Positions 39,749 through 49,458 of a DNA stretch of 64,000 nt are shown piece after piece. A model generated the notes under the pieces. The model did not search any database, was not told where the DNA came from, and was given only the letters and a program-made list of their open reading frames with translations. The stretch comes from Candidatus Latescibacterota bacterium. Lineage in GTDB: Bacteria; Latescibacterota; UBA2968; UBA8231. The first letter of the stretch is position 1; every line of letters begins with the position of its first letter. The stretch is taken from the NCBI GenBank assembly GCA_965203175.1, contig OZ241867.1:1632001-1696000 (forward strand), read 5' to 3'. The translations under genes and the position numbers were made by a program.

Positions 39749-40603
39749 CTATAGGTCCTCGACCGTGTCGCCCTGCTGGTACGAGCCCAAGATGCGGACG
39801 AATTCGGCAGTGTCCTGAAGTTGCTCCACGGCTTGGGCGCAAGCCGCCTGCTCCACGTGGCCCTGCAAATCGAGATAGAAGACGTATTCCCAGGGCCGTT
39901 CGGGCATGGGCCGCGACTCGATTTTGAGCAGGTTGATGCCGCGCTCGGCAAAGGCTGCGAGGCCCCGACACAGCGCGCCCGGCACGTGCTTTAGCGCAAA
40001 GACGAGCGTGGTCTTGGCTGGCTCGGCTGGCGCTGACGCGGCGTACCGGTTCACCACCAAAAAGCGGGTAAAATTGTGCGGGGCGTCCTCAATGCCGGGA
40101 ACGAGAATTTCCATCCCGTACGCGGCGGCCGCGCGCGCTCCGGCGATAGCCCCGCGATCGCGTGCGCCGCTAGTGGCTAGTTCTTTGACCGCGCCAGCCG
40201 TATCATCCGCCGCTATCGTCTGCGCATCGGCCAACGAGTGAATGAAGCGAGTGCATTGGGCCAAGGCGGGCGGTTGCGACGCAATGTAGCGGATGTCTGC
40301 TAGCTGCACGCCTCGGTTGACGATGAGGTTGTGGACGATGCGCAGCTTGATTTCGCCGACGATGTGGACATTGCTCTGCAGCAGCAGGTCGTAGTTCTCG
40401 TGAATGCTGCCCATCAGCGAGTTTTCGATGGGCACGACTCCGCAAGCGCAAGACCCGTCTTCCACCGAGGCAAAAAGCGCCTTGAAATCGGGCCGTGGTG
40501 CCAATTGAATCGCTGGAGAAAAATAGGCTCGCGCCGCCGCCTCGCTGAACGACCCGGCGTGCCCTTGGATGGCCACAGGTCCGCACGTCTCTGTTCGCTT
40601 CAT
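39749..40603 (-). CDS. pheA: Prephenate dehydratase + ACT (no chorismate mutase domain)
   Basis: GSFSE.A, PIENSLMGSI, NFTRF, PGAL, KIESRP, WEYVFYLD, LGSY. Confidence 0.9.
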   Translation of the reverse strand: MKRTETCGPVAIQGHAGSFSEAAARAYFSPAIQLAPRPDFKALFASVEDGSCACGVVPIENSLMGSIHENYDLLLQSNVHIVGEIKLRIVHNLIVNRGVQLADIRYIASQPPALAQCTRFIHSLADAQTIAADDTAGAVKELATSGARDRGAIAGARAAAAYGMEILVPGIEDAPHNFTRFLVVNRYAASAPAEPAKTTLVFALKHVPGALCRGLAAFAERGINLLKIESRPMPERPWEYVFYLDLQGHVEQAACAQAVEQLQDTAEFVRILGSYQQGDTVEDL

Positions 40604-41232
40604 ATACTCAATTTTTCTTCACGGCTTGTTTGGACATTTGCTTGATCGTACTCCTTTTTCCATTTCAAATAGCCAAAAACGATGATAACCAGATACGCGA
40701 TAAACAACAAAGCGGTCAGGTAAAGCCCTCGGCTGTAGTAGAGGTAAACCGAGACGCTGTCGATGACAAACCAATACACCCAATTCTCCAAAATTTTCCT
40801 CGTCACCATATAGGTCGTCACCACCGCATACCAAGTGGTGAAGGCATCGATATAAGGCAAGGCCGCCTCTGTATTTTCGCTCAAAAAATACCCAGATGTC
40901 ACCACAACGGCCCCTGTCACAGCAATGACCACGACGTGCTTTTTGAGCGGCCAAGTAGAAATGGGCAGCGTCGCGGATTGATCGGTGGGCTGCCGCCATT
41001 GGTACCAGCCATAGACCGCCATGCCCAAGTAGTAAATCTGTAGGGCCGACTCTAGGAACAGGTTGACATCGAAAAAGACGTAGATGTAAATCGCGGTGCT
41101 GGCGAAAGCCGCGCCCCAACACCAGATGTTTTCCCGCGCCGCCAAGACCAAGTAGAGAATCGCCAAGACGACAGCCGGTACTTCCCACCAAGAGGTCAGT
41201 TCCAGCGCTTGGAGAATCGCTGGGGTTTCCAT
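40600..41232 (-). CDS. pnuC: PnuC-family nicotinamide riboside/vitamin transporter
   Basis: LQIYY..M..YGWY.W, PYIDAFTT, KILENWVYWFVID (WxxWxxxD). Confidence 0.9.
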   Translation of the reverse strand: METPAILQALELTSWWEVPAVVLAILYLVLAARENIWCWGAAFASTAIYIYVFFDVNLFLESALQIYYLGMAVYGWYQWRQPTDQSATLPISTWPLKKHVVVIAVTGAVVVTSGYFLSENTEAALPYIDAFTTWYAVVTTYMVTRKILENWVYWFVIDSVSVYLYYSRGLYLTALLFIAYLVIIVFGYLKWKKEYDQANVQTSREEKLSI

Positions 41233-41233
41233 C

Positions 41234-41281
41234 TCAGATCCACCAGCGTTCGCTTGGCTCGTTGTGCTGTTCGGCGAGCAT
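41234..41281 (-). CDS. Putative 15-aa leader peptide MLAEQHNEPSERWWI
   Basis: AAAGGAA RBS before ATG 41281; TGA ends 1 nt before the pnuC ATG. Confidence 0.45.
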   Translation of the reverse strand: MLAEQHNEPSERWWI

Positions 41282-41375
41282 GTTATTTCCTTTGGCGCGG
41301 TTGCGCGTATAGTGGGTTCTGCCTATCAGTATATCGCTTTAGCTTACACCAAATTGCAATCGACGGGAGCGATTC

Positions 41376-42152
41376 ATGCACCAGATCACCGACGCCCAAA
41401 AGCAGCAATTCAAAGAAGAGGGCTATTTCATCCTCGAAAACGCCATCCCCGACCATCATCTCGACCTCCTGCGCGGCGAGTGCCAAGCCTTCATCGACAA
41501 AGCCAACGCCCGGATGGACGCCGAGGGCACAGATAGCCTAGGCCTCAATCACCGCAACAGCCGCTACTTTGTCTCCAATTGCTTCCGCGAGCAGCCGCGC
41601 CTGCGCGAGTTCCTCTTCAGCCCCCTAATGGCCGACATCTGCCAAGCCACCTTAGGCGACGACGCCTACTTGTTCTGGGAGCAATACGTGGTCAAGGGCG
41701 CTGAGGCGGGCATGAAGTTCTCTTGGCACCAAGACTCGGGCTACGTCGGCTACCCGGATCACAAGCCGTATCTAACCTGTTGGTGCGCCCTCGACGACAT
41801 GTCCGAGGCCAATGGCACCGTCCACTTACTGCCTTTTTCGCGCTCGGGCATTCGCACGTGGGTCAAGCACGTCCGCGAGGAGGGGAGCAACGATTTGATC
41901 GGCTATTTCGGCAGCGATCCCGGCGTCTCGGTCGTCGCCCCGGCCGGCAGCATTGCCGTCTTCACCAGCTACAACTTCCACTCCAGCGGCACCAACACCA
42001 CCGACCAGATGCGCCGCGTGTACTTGGCCCAGTACTCCTGCGAGCCGCTAACTTCGGCCGACGGCAGCAAACTCTGGGGGAATGCCGAGCCTTTTCTCAA
42101 GGCGGGTGAATTGGTCGAGCCGCCGCCCGAGCTCACCAAGTCCGCTCCTTGA
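41376..42152 (+). CDS. PhyH-family dioxygenase
   Basis: FKEEGY, WHQD, WCALDD..EANG, FHSSG.N. Confidence 0.9.
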   Translation: MHQITDAQKQQFKEEGYFILENAIPDHHLDLLRGECQAFIDKANARMDAEGTDSLGLNHRNSRYFVSNCFREQPRLREFLFSPLMADICQATLGDDAYLFWEQYVVKGAEAGMKFSWHQDSGYVGYPDHKPYLTCWCALDDMSEANGTVHLLPFSRSGIRTWVKHVREEGSNDLIGYFGSDPGVSVVAPAGSIAVFTSYNFHSSGTNTTDQMRRVYLAQYSCEPLTSADGSKLWGNAEPFLKAGELVEPPPELTKSAP

Positions 42153-43014
42153 GCAGCTCTTGGATGGCGGCGCGCGGCACGGGCAACTCGTCGATATGGC
42201 TTTCTAACCAGCGCGAGAAATCCTCCTCAATGGGATCGGACCAGCGGGTATCGATCTGGCCGGGTGTGTATTTGCCCTCGGCTAGGCGCTGCTTGCCAAA
42301 GCGGTCGCGGAGCGAGATCAACTCGGAGGTCTTGACCACTTGCTCGGCTAGGTGAGGCGGTATGAAGACGACGCCATCGTCGCGGCCGAGGACTACGTCG
42401 CCGGGCATGACTGTGGCACCGCCGATGCGCACCGGGCAGTTGATTCCGGTCAGCATGATGGTGGGCGAGGCAAAGGTGGGGTGAAAGCCGCGCACGAAAC
42501 TAGTGAAATTGGGCAGTTCTTGGATGCCGTCGATATCGCGGACGGACGCGTCGTGGACCACTCCGTTGCCCGAGTTGGCGTAGATGGCGGTCGCGAGGTT
42601 GTCGCCAATGACAGCGCCTTGGTCGATTTTGCCAAATACGTCGGCCACGTACACGTCCCCAGGCACCAGCATATCAATGGGCCACGAGATCTGGTCGCCG
42701 ATGCAGCCGGCCCGCTCCCCTTTTTCTTCCATGACCTGACGCATGACGGGTCGCCGCGGCATGTACATAGCCGTCAGGGCGCGGCCCACCAGCACTTGGC
42801 CGGGGTGCGTGCAAATCCAGCCGTCTTCGTACTGCCAGTTGTAGCCGGGGCCGCGTATGACGCCCCAGGCTTGGGTAATGCTGACGTTGCGCATGCGCTC
42901 GAGGATGTCGTCGGGCACCTTGGGGCGGCCGTCGGCAAAGCGCTCGCCCTCCCACTCCGGGGTGTACTCGATTAGCTCTTCTGGGGACATGTTCAAGGGA
43001 GCAAATTTTTCCAT
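42133..43014 (-). CDS. RraA/HMG-CHA aldolase-like protein
   Basis: RFADGRPKV, GDNLA, VRDIDG, IGGATVMPGDVVLG..DGVVFIP. Confidence 0.8.
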   Translation of the reverse strand: MEKFAPLNMSPEELIEYTPEWEGERFADGRPKVPDDILERMRNVSITQAWGVIRGPGYNWQYEDGWICTHPGQVLVGRALTAMYMPRRPVMRQVMEEKGERAGCIGDQISWPIDMLVPGDVYVADVFGKIDQGAVIGDNLATAIYANSGNGVVHDASVRDIDGIQELPNFTSFVRGFHPTFASPTIMLTGINCPVRIGGATVMPGDVVLGRDDGVVFIPPHLAEQVVKTSELISLRDRFGKQRLAEGKYTPGQIDTRWSDPIEEDFSRWLESHIDELPVPRAAIQELLKERTW

Positions 43015-43055
43015 AGCAGTAATTTCCAGTCGTTGAAGTTTGCGCGGAGCCTTTC

Positions 43056-43850
43056 CTACTTTCCCTTCCACACCGGCTTCCGCTTCTCGGCGAATGCCTT
43101 TGGTCCTTCGATAAAGTCCTCCGACTCATACATGCGCTCGGCCAGCGGAAAGCGCGTGTTGACTGCCTCCCACAGCGGCAGTTCCAATCCCCGCACAGCC
43201 GCTTCTTTTCCCGCCTGCAAGGACAAGGGCGCACACGCCAAGATCGCCTCCACCCACTGCTCTGCGGCCGCTTGCAGGCCCTCCGCTGGCACCACTTGGT
43301 TGACTAACCCAATCCGCCGCGCTTCCTCCGCCGAGATGAGTTCTCCGGTCAGGATGAGCTGCATGGCAGCGCTCCACGGCAGCCGCCGGACCAGCTTGTG
43401 GATGCCTCCAGCGTCGGCCAGCAATCCGCGCCGCGCTTCGGGCAACCCCAATTGCGCATGCTCGGCCGCCACCACCAAATCGCACCCTAAGACCAGTTCC
43501 AACCCACCGCCTACTGCATAGCCATTGACCACGGCCAACAGCGGCTTATAGCAATCGCGGCCCCGCTGGAAACCCCGCGCCGCGCCGCTGGCCTCGGCGC
43601 GGTTGTGGCTGCGCGCGGCCTCGCCTGCTTCAGCCCGCCACTTCAGGTCGGCACCAGCGCAGAACGCCCGGTCGCCGCTGCCGGTCAAAACCCCGACCCA
43701 GACGCTGTCATCGTCGCGGATCCGCTCCCAGGCGTCGGCCAGTTCTTCGGCCATGGGAGGGTGGATGGCGTTGAGAACCTCGGGGCGGTTGAGGGTGACC
43801 GTGGCGACGTGGTCGCGCTGTTCGTAGCGGATGAACTCGTAGTGGGCCAT
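43056..43850 (-). CDS. Enoyl-CoA hydratase/crotonase (CaiD-like)
   Basis: TLNRPE..NA, AFCAGADL, VNGYAVGGGLEL, LPEARRG, EGPKAFAEKR.P. Confidence 0.9.
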   Translation of the reverse strand: MAHYEFIRYEQRDHVATVTLNRPEVLNAIHPPMAEELADAWERIRDDDSVWVGVLTGSGDRAFCAGADLKWRAEAGEAARSHNRAEASGAARGFQRGRDCYKPLLAVVNGYAVGGGLELVLGCDLVVAAEHAQLGLPEARRGLLADAGGIHKLVRRLPWSAAMQLILTGELISAEEARRIGLVNQVVPAEGLQAAAEQWVEAILACAPLSLQAGKEAAVRGLELPLWEAVNTRFPLAERMYESEDFIEGPKAFAEKRKPVWKGK

Positions 43851-43853
43851 TGC

Positions 43854-44837
43854 TCAAGATGGTACTTCGACTAGGCTCCCCGATTCCGCGGCCTGTTTCA
43901 ATGCTTGGAGCGCGGCCACGTTTTTGAGGCCGTCTACGGGGGGGAATTCGGGAGCTCTGCCTTGGATAATGCAACTAGAGAAGCGCTCTAGCTGCACCTG
44001 AAAGCGGTCCGGGCCGGAAAAGGTCTCTACGCGTTCGTCATTGCCGATGGCGATATACACCGTGGCCTGCTCGTCGAACATGTTGGGCACGCGGATCGCG
44101 CCGTGGCTGCCGACGACCTCCAACACGCAGCGGAACGGCCCCTCCATGCCAGCCGCGATATAGGCGATGTGATCACCGGGGAAGCGCAACAGTCCGGCCA
44201 AGCTCGCATCCACGCCGTTGCGCACGTGCTGAAAAGCCTGTGCAGCGACCGGCTCGGCGTTGAGCACAAAGCGCACGGCGCTGACGCAGTAGCACCCGGC
44301 GTCCAAGAGTGCGCCCCCGCCCAGTTTTTTTTGCGCCCGAACGTCGCTTGCCCAATTGCGGATGCCAAAGGTCAGCTCGGCCCGCGCTAATTTCACTTCG
44401 CCGATCTCACCCTGTTGGACCAACCGGCGCGCACACTGCAATTGCGGGTTGAGGCGGTGGGTGAACGCCTCGACTAAGAGCACCCCATTGGCTCGGGCTG
44501 CGTCGATCATCTGCCGCGCTTGCGCCACGGTCACGGCGAGCGGTTTTTCGCAGAGGATGTGCTTGCCGGCCTCCGCCGCCTTGACCGTCCACTCGCAGTG
44601 CATGCTATTGGGCAAGGGGTTGATGATTGCGTCGATTTCGGGATCGTCCAACACGGCTTGGTACGAGCCGTATGCCTTGGCAATGCCGTATTGGGTCGCG
44701 CTTGCTTCGGCCTTGGCTTGATCTCTGCTCGATATGGCCGCGATCTCGGCATTGCCTATGGCCTGCGCGGCTGGCAGATGGCGGTTGAGAGCGATCTGGG
44801 CGGTACTCAATACTCCATAGCGCACGATGTCAGGCAT
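43854..44837 (-). CDS. Gfo/Idh/MocA oxidoreductase
   Basis: GVLSTAQI, PLPNSMH, CEKP, GGGALLDAGCY. Confidence 0.9.
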   Translation of the reverse strand: MPDIVRYGVLSTAQIALNRHLPAAQAIGNAEIAAISSRDQAKAEASATQYGIAKAYGSYQAVLDDPEIDAIINPLPNSMHCEWTVKAAEAGKHILCEKPLAVTVAQARQMIDAARANGVLLVEAFTHRLNPQLQCARRLVQQGEIGEVKLARAELTFGIRNWASDVRAQKKLGGGALLDAGCYCVSAVRFVLNAEPVAAQAFQHVRNGVDASLAGLLRFPGDHIAYIAAGMEGPFRCVLEVVGSHGAIRVPNMFDEQATVYIAIGNDERVETFSGPDRFQVQLERFSSCIIQGRAPEFPPVDGLKNVAALQALKQAAESGSLVEVPS

Positions 44838-44853
44838 GGGGTCTCCTGTACAC

Positions 44854-46068
44854 TCAGAGAATGACGTCCTGTGCGCGCAACGCGGCGATTTCGTCGTCCG
44901 CATACCCGGCCTCGCGCAGCACAGCTTCGGTGTGTTCCCCGGCTAGAGGGGCGGGTGTCGGGGCTGGAGCTGGCGTCCCCGCTAGCCGCAGGGGCGTGCC
45001 GACGTGACGCATAGCACCCACCTGCGGATGTTGGACTTCGACGAGCATCTCGTTGACCGCGAGTTGCGGGTCTGCTAGGGCCTCGGCTGTTGACCGCACT
45101 GGTGCGACGAGGATGTCCTTGGCTTCCAGCAGCGGAATCCACTCGGCGTTCGTTTTCTCTGCGAAGACTGGCGCTAGCCGTTCCCGCAGGGCCTCGCGGT
45201 TATCTACGGCCTCGGCGAGCGTGGCAAAGCGCGGGTCTCCGACGAGCCCTTCGATGCCCAAGGCCTCCTGCAAATCGCGCAATAGTTGGTCAAAGGGACG
45301 GAAAAGCGCGGTGACCATCAAGAAACCATCGGCCGTCTCGAACACGGCTCCGTCGAGCGGATTGCCGCGCGGATGCGTCGCGCCTCCCGAGCCATCGTCT
45401 TCCCCGTCGTCGCCCAAGTTGAGGATTTTGGTCGTCGCCCAAGCTTGCATACTCATCATGCCGTCGAGGAGCGAGGTTTCTACGTATTGCCCAGTGCCGG
45501 TGCGCTCGCGGGCCAAAAGCGCGAGGAGAATGCCCTGCGCCAGCAGCATGCCGCCGTTGAAGTCGGAGACTGTATAGGGCAGACGCTGGGGCGTGCCGTG
45601 GGGACCGACGAAGCGAGCCGCCACGCCGCTCAGCGCTTGGGCCATGGATTCGTGGCCGCCTTTGTTGCGCTCGCTGTACGGGCCTTGCGAGCCATAGCCC
45701 GAGCCAACGGCGTAGATGAGCCGTGGGTATGGCTCCCGCAGCGCAGCGTAATCCAGCCCCAGCTTGGCCATGACGGAGCCGGAGCGAAAGTTGTGTACCA
45801 GCACGTCCGTGGTTTCTAGCAGGCGATGGACGATCTGAAGCCCAGCGGACTTCTTGAGATCGACGATTAGGCTTTTCTTGGAGCGGTTGAAGCTGGCAAA
45901 AGGCAGGCTCTGCTCCTTTACCCACGGCCCGAAGGCACGGGCTAGGTCGCCGCCGGGGCGCTCTATCTTAATGACTTCGGCACCGTGCTCGGCCAAAACT
46001 TGGGTGGCGGCTGGGCCGAAAATCACTTGGGTAAAGTCGAGGACGCGGATGCCGTCGAGTGCGGGCAT
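44854..46068 (-). CDS. CaiB/BaiF family III CoA transferase
   Basis: LDGIRVLDF, GAEVIKIE.P.GD..R, NRSKKS, D..GG, GTGQ.V..SL, P.AGEHT. Confidence 0.9.
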   Translation of the reverse strand: MPALDGIRVLDFTQVIFGPAATQVLAEHGAEVIKIERPGGDLARAFGPWVKEQSLPFASFNRSKKSLIVDLKKSAGLQIVHRLLETTDVLVHNFRSGSVMAKLGLDYAALREPYPRLIYAVGSGYGSQGPYSERNKGGHESMAQALSGVAARFVGPHGTPQRLPYTVSDFNGGMLLAQGILLALLARERTGTGQYVETSLLDGMMSMQAWATTKILNLGDDGEDDGSGGATHPRGNPLDGAVFETADGFLMVTALFRPFDQLLRDLQEALGIEGLVGDPRFATLAEAVDNREALRERLAPVFAEKTNAEWIPLLEAKDILVAPVRSTAEALADPQLAVNEMLVEVQHPQVGAMRHVGTPLRLAGTPAPAPTPAPLAGEHTEAVLREAGYADDEIAALRAQDVIL

Positions 46069-46234
46069 GAGAGTGCTGAATTCGGTTTTTAGACTTAGGT
46101 TATCGCCTCAAAGCGCATTGGATATTATATCCGTCCAAGCAGACAACCTCAAGTCTGCTCAATGAGAGAACACGACTAGACCGAGAGCTTGCCGTCCGGA
46201 GTAATTAGTATCTACATTGGAAGACATGCACGCC

Positions 46235-47068
46235 ATGACCCAACCTCTCGCCCAAGCCGTCCTCACTCCCGAAGATCAAGCATTTTTTGAACAGCAGGGC
46301 TATCTCCTCGTCGAAGATGCCCTACCTGCCGACGCGCTCGCCGAGCTCAACGCGGCTACTGACGCGCTCTACGCGCGCGACGCCGACGCCGACCGGCTTG
46401 AAAAGAGTGGCAAGCTCAACATGCGCAACTGCATCGTCGAGCACCCCGCCTTCCTCCAACTCCTCGACTGGCCTGCCACGGTCCCGCTGGCGTGGCAGCT
46501 CCTCGGCTGGAATATCCAGATGCTAACCTCGCACTTGATCGTCCTGCCTTCGGGCGACGAGCCGGCTGAAGACGAGAAAAACAAGCTCGGCTGGCACCGC
46601 GATGGCGGCACCTCGCCCCGAGATATGAGCGAGCCGCACCCGCGAATTTTGCTCAAAATAGCCTATGCCCTCAGCGACCAGACCGCTCCGGCCTCGGGGG
46701 CCACTTGGATCGTGCCCGGGTCCAACCGTCTGCTTGGACGCCCGGCTACGGACCCGAAGACCGGGCTGCCATACGGTGCCCAAGCGATGAATATACGCGC
46801 TGGCTCGGCCTTCCTATTCGAGCAGCGCACCTATCATTCTATTGGCCACAACTGGGCGGGCTTCCCGCGCAAGACCTTGTTCTTTGGCTACGGTTATCGC
46901 TGGGTCAAACCCATGGACTATATCGCCATGCCCGACGAACTCGTCGCCCGCTGCAATCCGATCCAAAAACAGCTCATTGGCGTCGTCGGAGATCCCTTGA
47001 GCTACTACTTGCCCCGGGACGAAGACGTACCGCTCAAGGCGCTCGTCGAAACGGAAGCGAACGAATAA
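46235..47068 (+). CDS. PhyH-family dioxygenase
   Basis: FEQQGYL, WHRDGG, GAT..VPGS, TYHS; start could be 46217 or 46226. Confidence 0.85.
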   Translation: MTQPLAQAVLTPEDQAFFEQQGYLLVEDALPADALAELNAATDALYARDADADRLEKSGKLNMRNCIVEHPAFLQLLDWPATVPLAWQLLGWNIQMLTSHLIVLPSGDEPAEDEKNKLGWHRDGGTSPRDMSEPHPRILLKIAYALSDQTAPASGATWIVPGSNRLLGRPATDPKTGLPYGAQAMNIRAGSAFLFEQRTYHSIGHNWAGFPRKTLFFGYGYRWVKPMDYIAMPDELVARCNPIQKQLIGVVGDPLSYYLPRDEDVPLKALVETEANE

Positions 47069-47832
47069 TGGATATCACACGCGCATTGGACGCCTTGGGT
47101 GCCCGCGACGACCTGCTGACTGAGCAGAACAGAAACGACCTCGACGAGAAGGGCTACGCGGTACTCCCGGATATCATCGACGCTGAATGGCTCGCAGGCT
47201 TGCGCACCCGCTTTGAAGAACTATGCGAGAAAGAAGGAGTCCACGCCGGTATCGAGGTCCATCAGGAACAGGGTACTCGACGTCTCTCCGACCTCTGCAA
47301 CAAGGGGCCGGTCTTCGACCGCGTCTATACCCATCCCAAGGTACTGGCTGCTATTCACCACGTCATCGACCGCCCCTTCAAGCTCTCCTCGCTCAACGCC
47401 CGCGACGCCCTGCCCGGCGAGGGATTACAGGGGCTGCACGCCGACTGGGGAGCAGACTACGACGGCCAGTTTCACGTCTGCAATTCGATCTGGCTGCTGG
47501 ACGACTTCAGTGAGGAAAACGGCTGCACTCGGCTGGTGCCCGGCTCGCATAAAGGCCAGCACCCGCGCAATATTTTGGCAGACGCGCAAGCACCTCACCC
47601 CGATGAAGAGTTGCTCATCGCCCCAGCCGGCACAGTCGCCGTCTTCAACAGCCACACGTGGCACGGCGGCACCCTCAACCAGAGCAAGGACCTGCCGCGC
47701 CGCGCCATGCACTGCTACTTCACCGCCCGCGAGCACGGCCAGCAGCTCAACCAGCGCGAGTACCTGCGCTACGAGACTTGGAAGCGCATCTCGCCAGCGG
47801 CGCGCTATATCCTCGACGTGGATGTGGAGTAG
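47068..47832 (+). CDS. PhyH-family dioxygenase
   Basis: LHADW, WLLDDFS.ENG.TR.VPGSH, WHGG..N. Confidence 0.9.
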   Translation: MDITRALDALGARDDLLTEQNRNDLDEKGYAVLPDIIDAEWLAGLRTRFEELCEKEGVHAGIEVHQEQGTRRLSDLCNKGPVFDRVYTHPKVLAAIHHVIDRPFKLSSLNARDALPGEGLQGLHADWGADYDGQFHVCNSIWLLDDFSEENGCTRLVPGSHKGQHPRNILADAQAPHPDEELLIAPAGTVAVFNSHTWHGGTLNQSKDLPRRAMHCYFTAREHGQQLNQREYLRYETWKRISPAARYILDVDVE

Positions 47833-47881
47833 TTTGCGGCGACCTACCTAAATCGTTCGACTAACCCCGAGGAGGAGGTAA

Positions 47882-48298
47882 ATGAAGCTCTCACATCCGG
47901 TCGTTGACCTGTGCATAGTGTGCAGCAACTTTGAAGAATCGCTGACGTTCTACCGAGACAAACTGGGATTCGAGGTGGTACTCGACATCGACATCCCCGT
48001 AGACCTAGCCACGGGGATTGGGCTGGCACCGCAAGGCTTCAGACAGGTGCGCCTGCAGGCGGGAGAAACGCTGATCAAGCTGATGGATATCGCCGTGCCG
48101 CCACCGCAGCGGACTTCCCAGTTTGCCGCTGGGGTGCGCTGGCTCACCTTCTTCGTCGCCGACGTGCAGGCCGAGTGCGCCGCGCTGAAGGCCAAAGGCG
48201 TGGAATTTCTGTCCGAGCCTATGGCTGCCCCGGATACGCCGGGCGTCGTCTGCACCCTAGACCCCGACGGAATTCTCATCGAACTAGTCCAACGATGA
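47882..48298 (+). CDS. VOC/glyoxalase family protein
   Basis: SL.FYRDKLGF ... DPDGILIEL. Confidence 0.85.
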   Translation: MKLSHPVVDLCIVCSNFEESLTFYRDKLGFEVVLDIDIPVDLATGIGLAPQGFRQVRLQAGETLIKLMDIAVPPPQRTSQFAAGVRWLTFFVADVQAECAALKAKGVEFLSEPMAAPDTPGVVCTLDPDGILIELVQR

Positions 48299-49431
48299 AG
48301 ATAGCAGACATTCGCGCGATCCCCCTGGTGGGAGCCACGCCCGACGGTGGCTGGGAGCAGGGGTACGATCCCGGCGACAACCTGCACACGCTCGTGGAGA
48401 TCATCACCGACGAAGGGGTGACCGGACTGGGGTCCGTCTTTACTTCCACCCGCCTAGTGTCGGGCTCGCTCGCCCTGCTGCCCCCCATGCTGATTGGCGA
48501 GTCCATCGAGCCAGCGCGGATCACCGAGAAACTGCATCAGACCACCTTCTGGCAGGGGCGGGGCGGGGCTGTCACTCACGCCATTTCCGGCATTGACATT
48601 GCCTTGTGGGACCTCTTTGGCAAGATCACGTCCCAGCCCATTTCGCGCCTGCTGGGCGGGCGCTACCGGGATCGCATCAAGCCGTATGGATCGCTCATCA
48701 TGGCCGAGCCAGACGAATTGAAGCCGAGGCTCCAGGCCGCGATGGACCGGGGATTTCGCGCGATTAAGATGGGCTGGGGGCCCTTTGGTCGCGTGTCTAA
48801 AGCGCTCGACGAAAACATCGTCAAAACTGCCCGCGAGACCGTCGGCCCAGATATCGAGCTAATGGTCGATGCAGGAGGCTCCGACCAGTACTGGCCGCAC
48901 GGCTACAAATGGGCGCTCGAAACCGCCCGCATGCTCGCCAATTACGATGTCACTTGGTTTGAGGAGGCCCTGCGCCCCGACGATATCGAAGGGTACATCA
49001 AACTCACCGAGCACGCGCCCCTGCCGATTACGGGCTGCGAGGTGCTGACGCGCCGGCAGTCCTTCCTCCCCTGGATCGAGCGCCGTGCAGTTGACTACAT
49101 CCAACCCGACGTCACCAAGGTCGGCGGCCTCACCGAGGAGTTCCGCATTGCGATGTACGCCTACGACCACTCGATTCTCTTCGTCCCTCACGGCTGGAAC
49201 ACCGCCGTCGGACTGGCGGCCGACTTGCAGCTAGTGGCGGCTGTGCCGACTGCCCGCTGGGTAGAATACATCACCCCATCCCCCTATATTGAGGATCTCG
49301 TCAGCGCGCCCTTTTCCCTCGACGAGGAAGGCTTCTTGACCATCCCTGACCAGCCTGGTTTGGGTATTGTTTGGAATGACGAAGGGATTGAAAAGCACTC
49401 GGGGATGAGGCTCACGCCGTCAGCTCTGTAG
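48295..49431 (+). CDS. Mandelate racemase/muconate lactonizing enzyme family
   Basis: AISGIDIALWD, KMGWG, LMVDAG, WFEE, QPDVTK.GG, PHGW. Confidence 0.9.
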   Translation: MKIADIRAIPLVGATPDGGWEQGYDPGDNLHTLVEIITDEGVTGLGSVFTSTRLVSGSLALLPPMLIGESIEPARITEKLHQTTFWQGRGGAVTHAISGIDIALWDLFGKITSQPISRLLGGRYRDRIKPYGSLIMAEPDELKPRLQAAMDRGFRAIKMGWGPFGRVSKALDENIVKTARETVGPDIELMVDAGGSDQYWPHGYKWALETARMLANYDVTWFEEALRPDDIEGYIKLTEHAPLPITGCEVLTRRQSFLPWIERRAVDYIQPDVTKVGGLTEEFRIAMYAYDHSILFVPHGWNTAVGLAADLQLVAAVPTARWVEYITPSPYIEDLVSAPFSLDEEGFLTIPDQPGLGIVWNDEGIEKHSGMRLTPSAL

Positions 49432-49458
49432 CGGCGTCCGCGGATCGGTAAATCGCCA

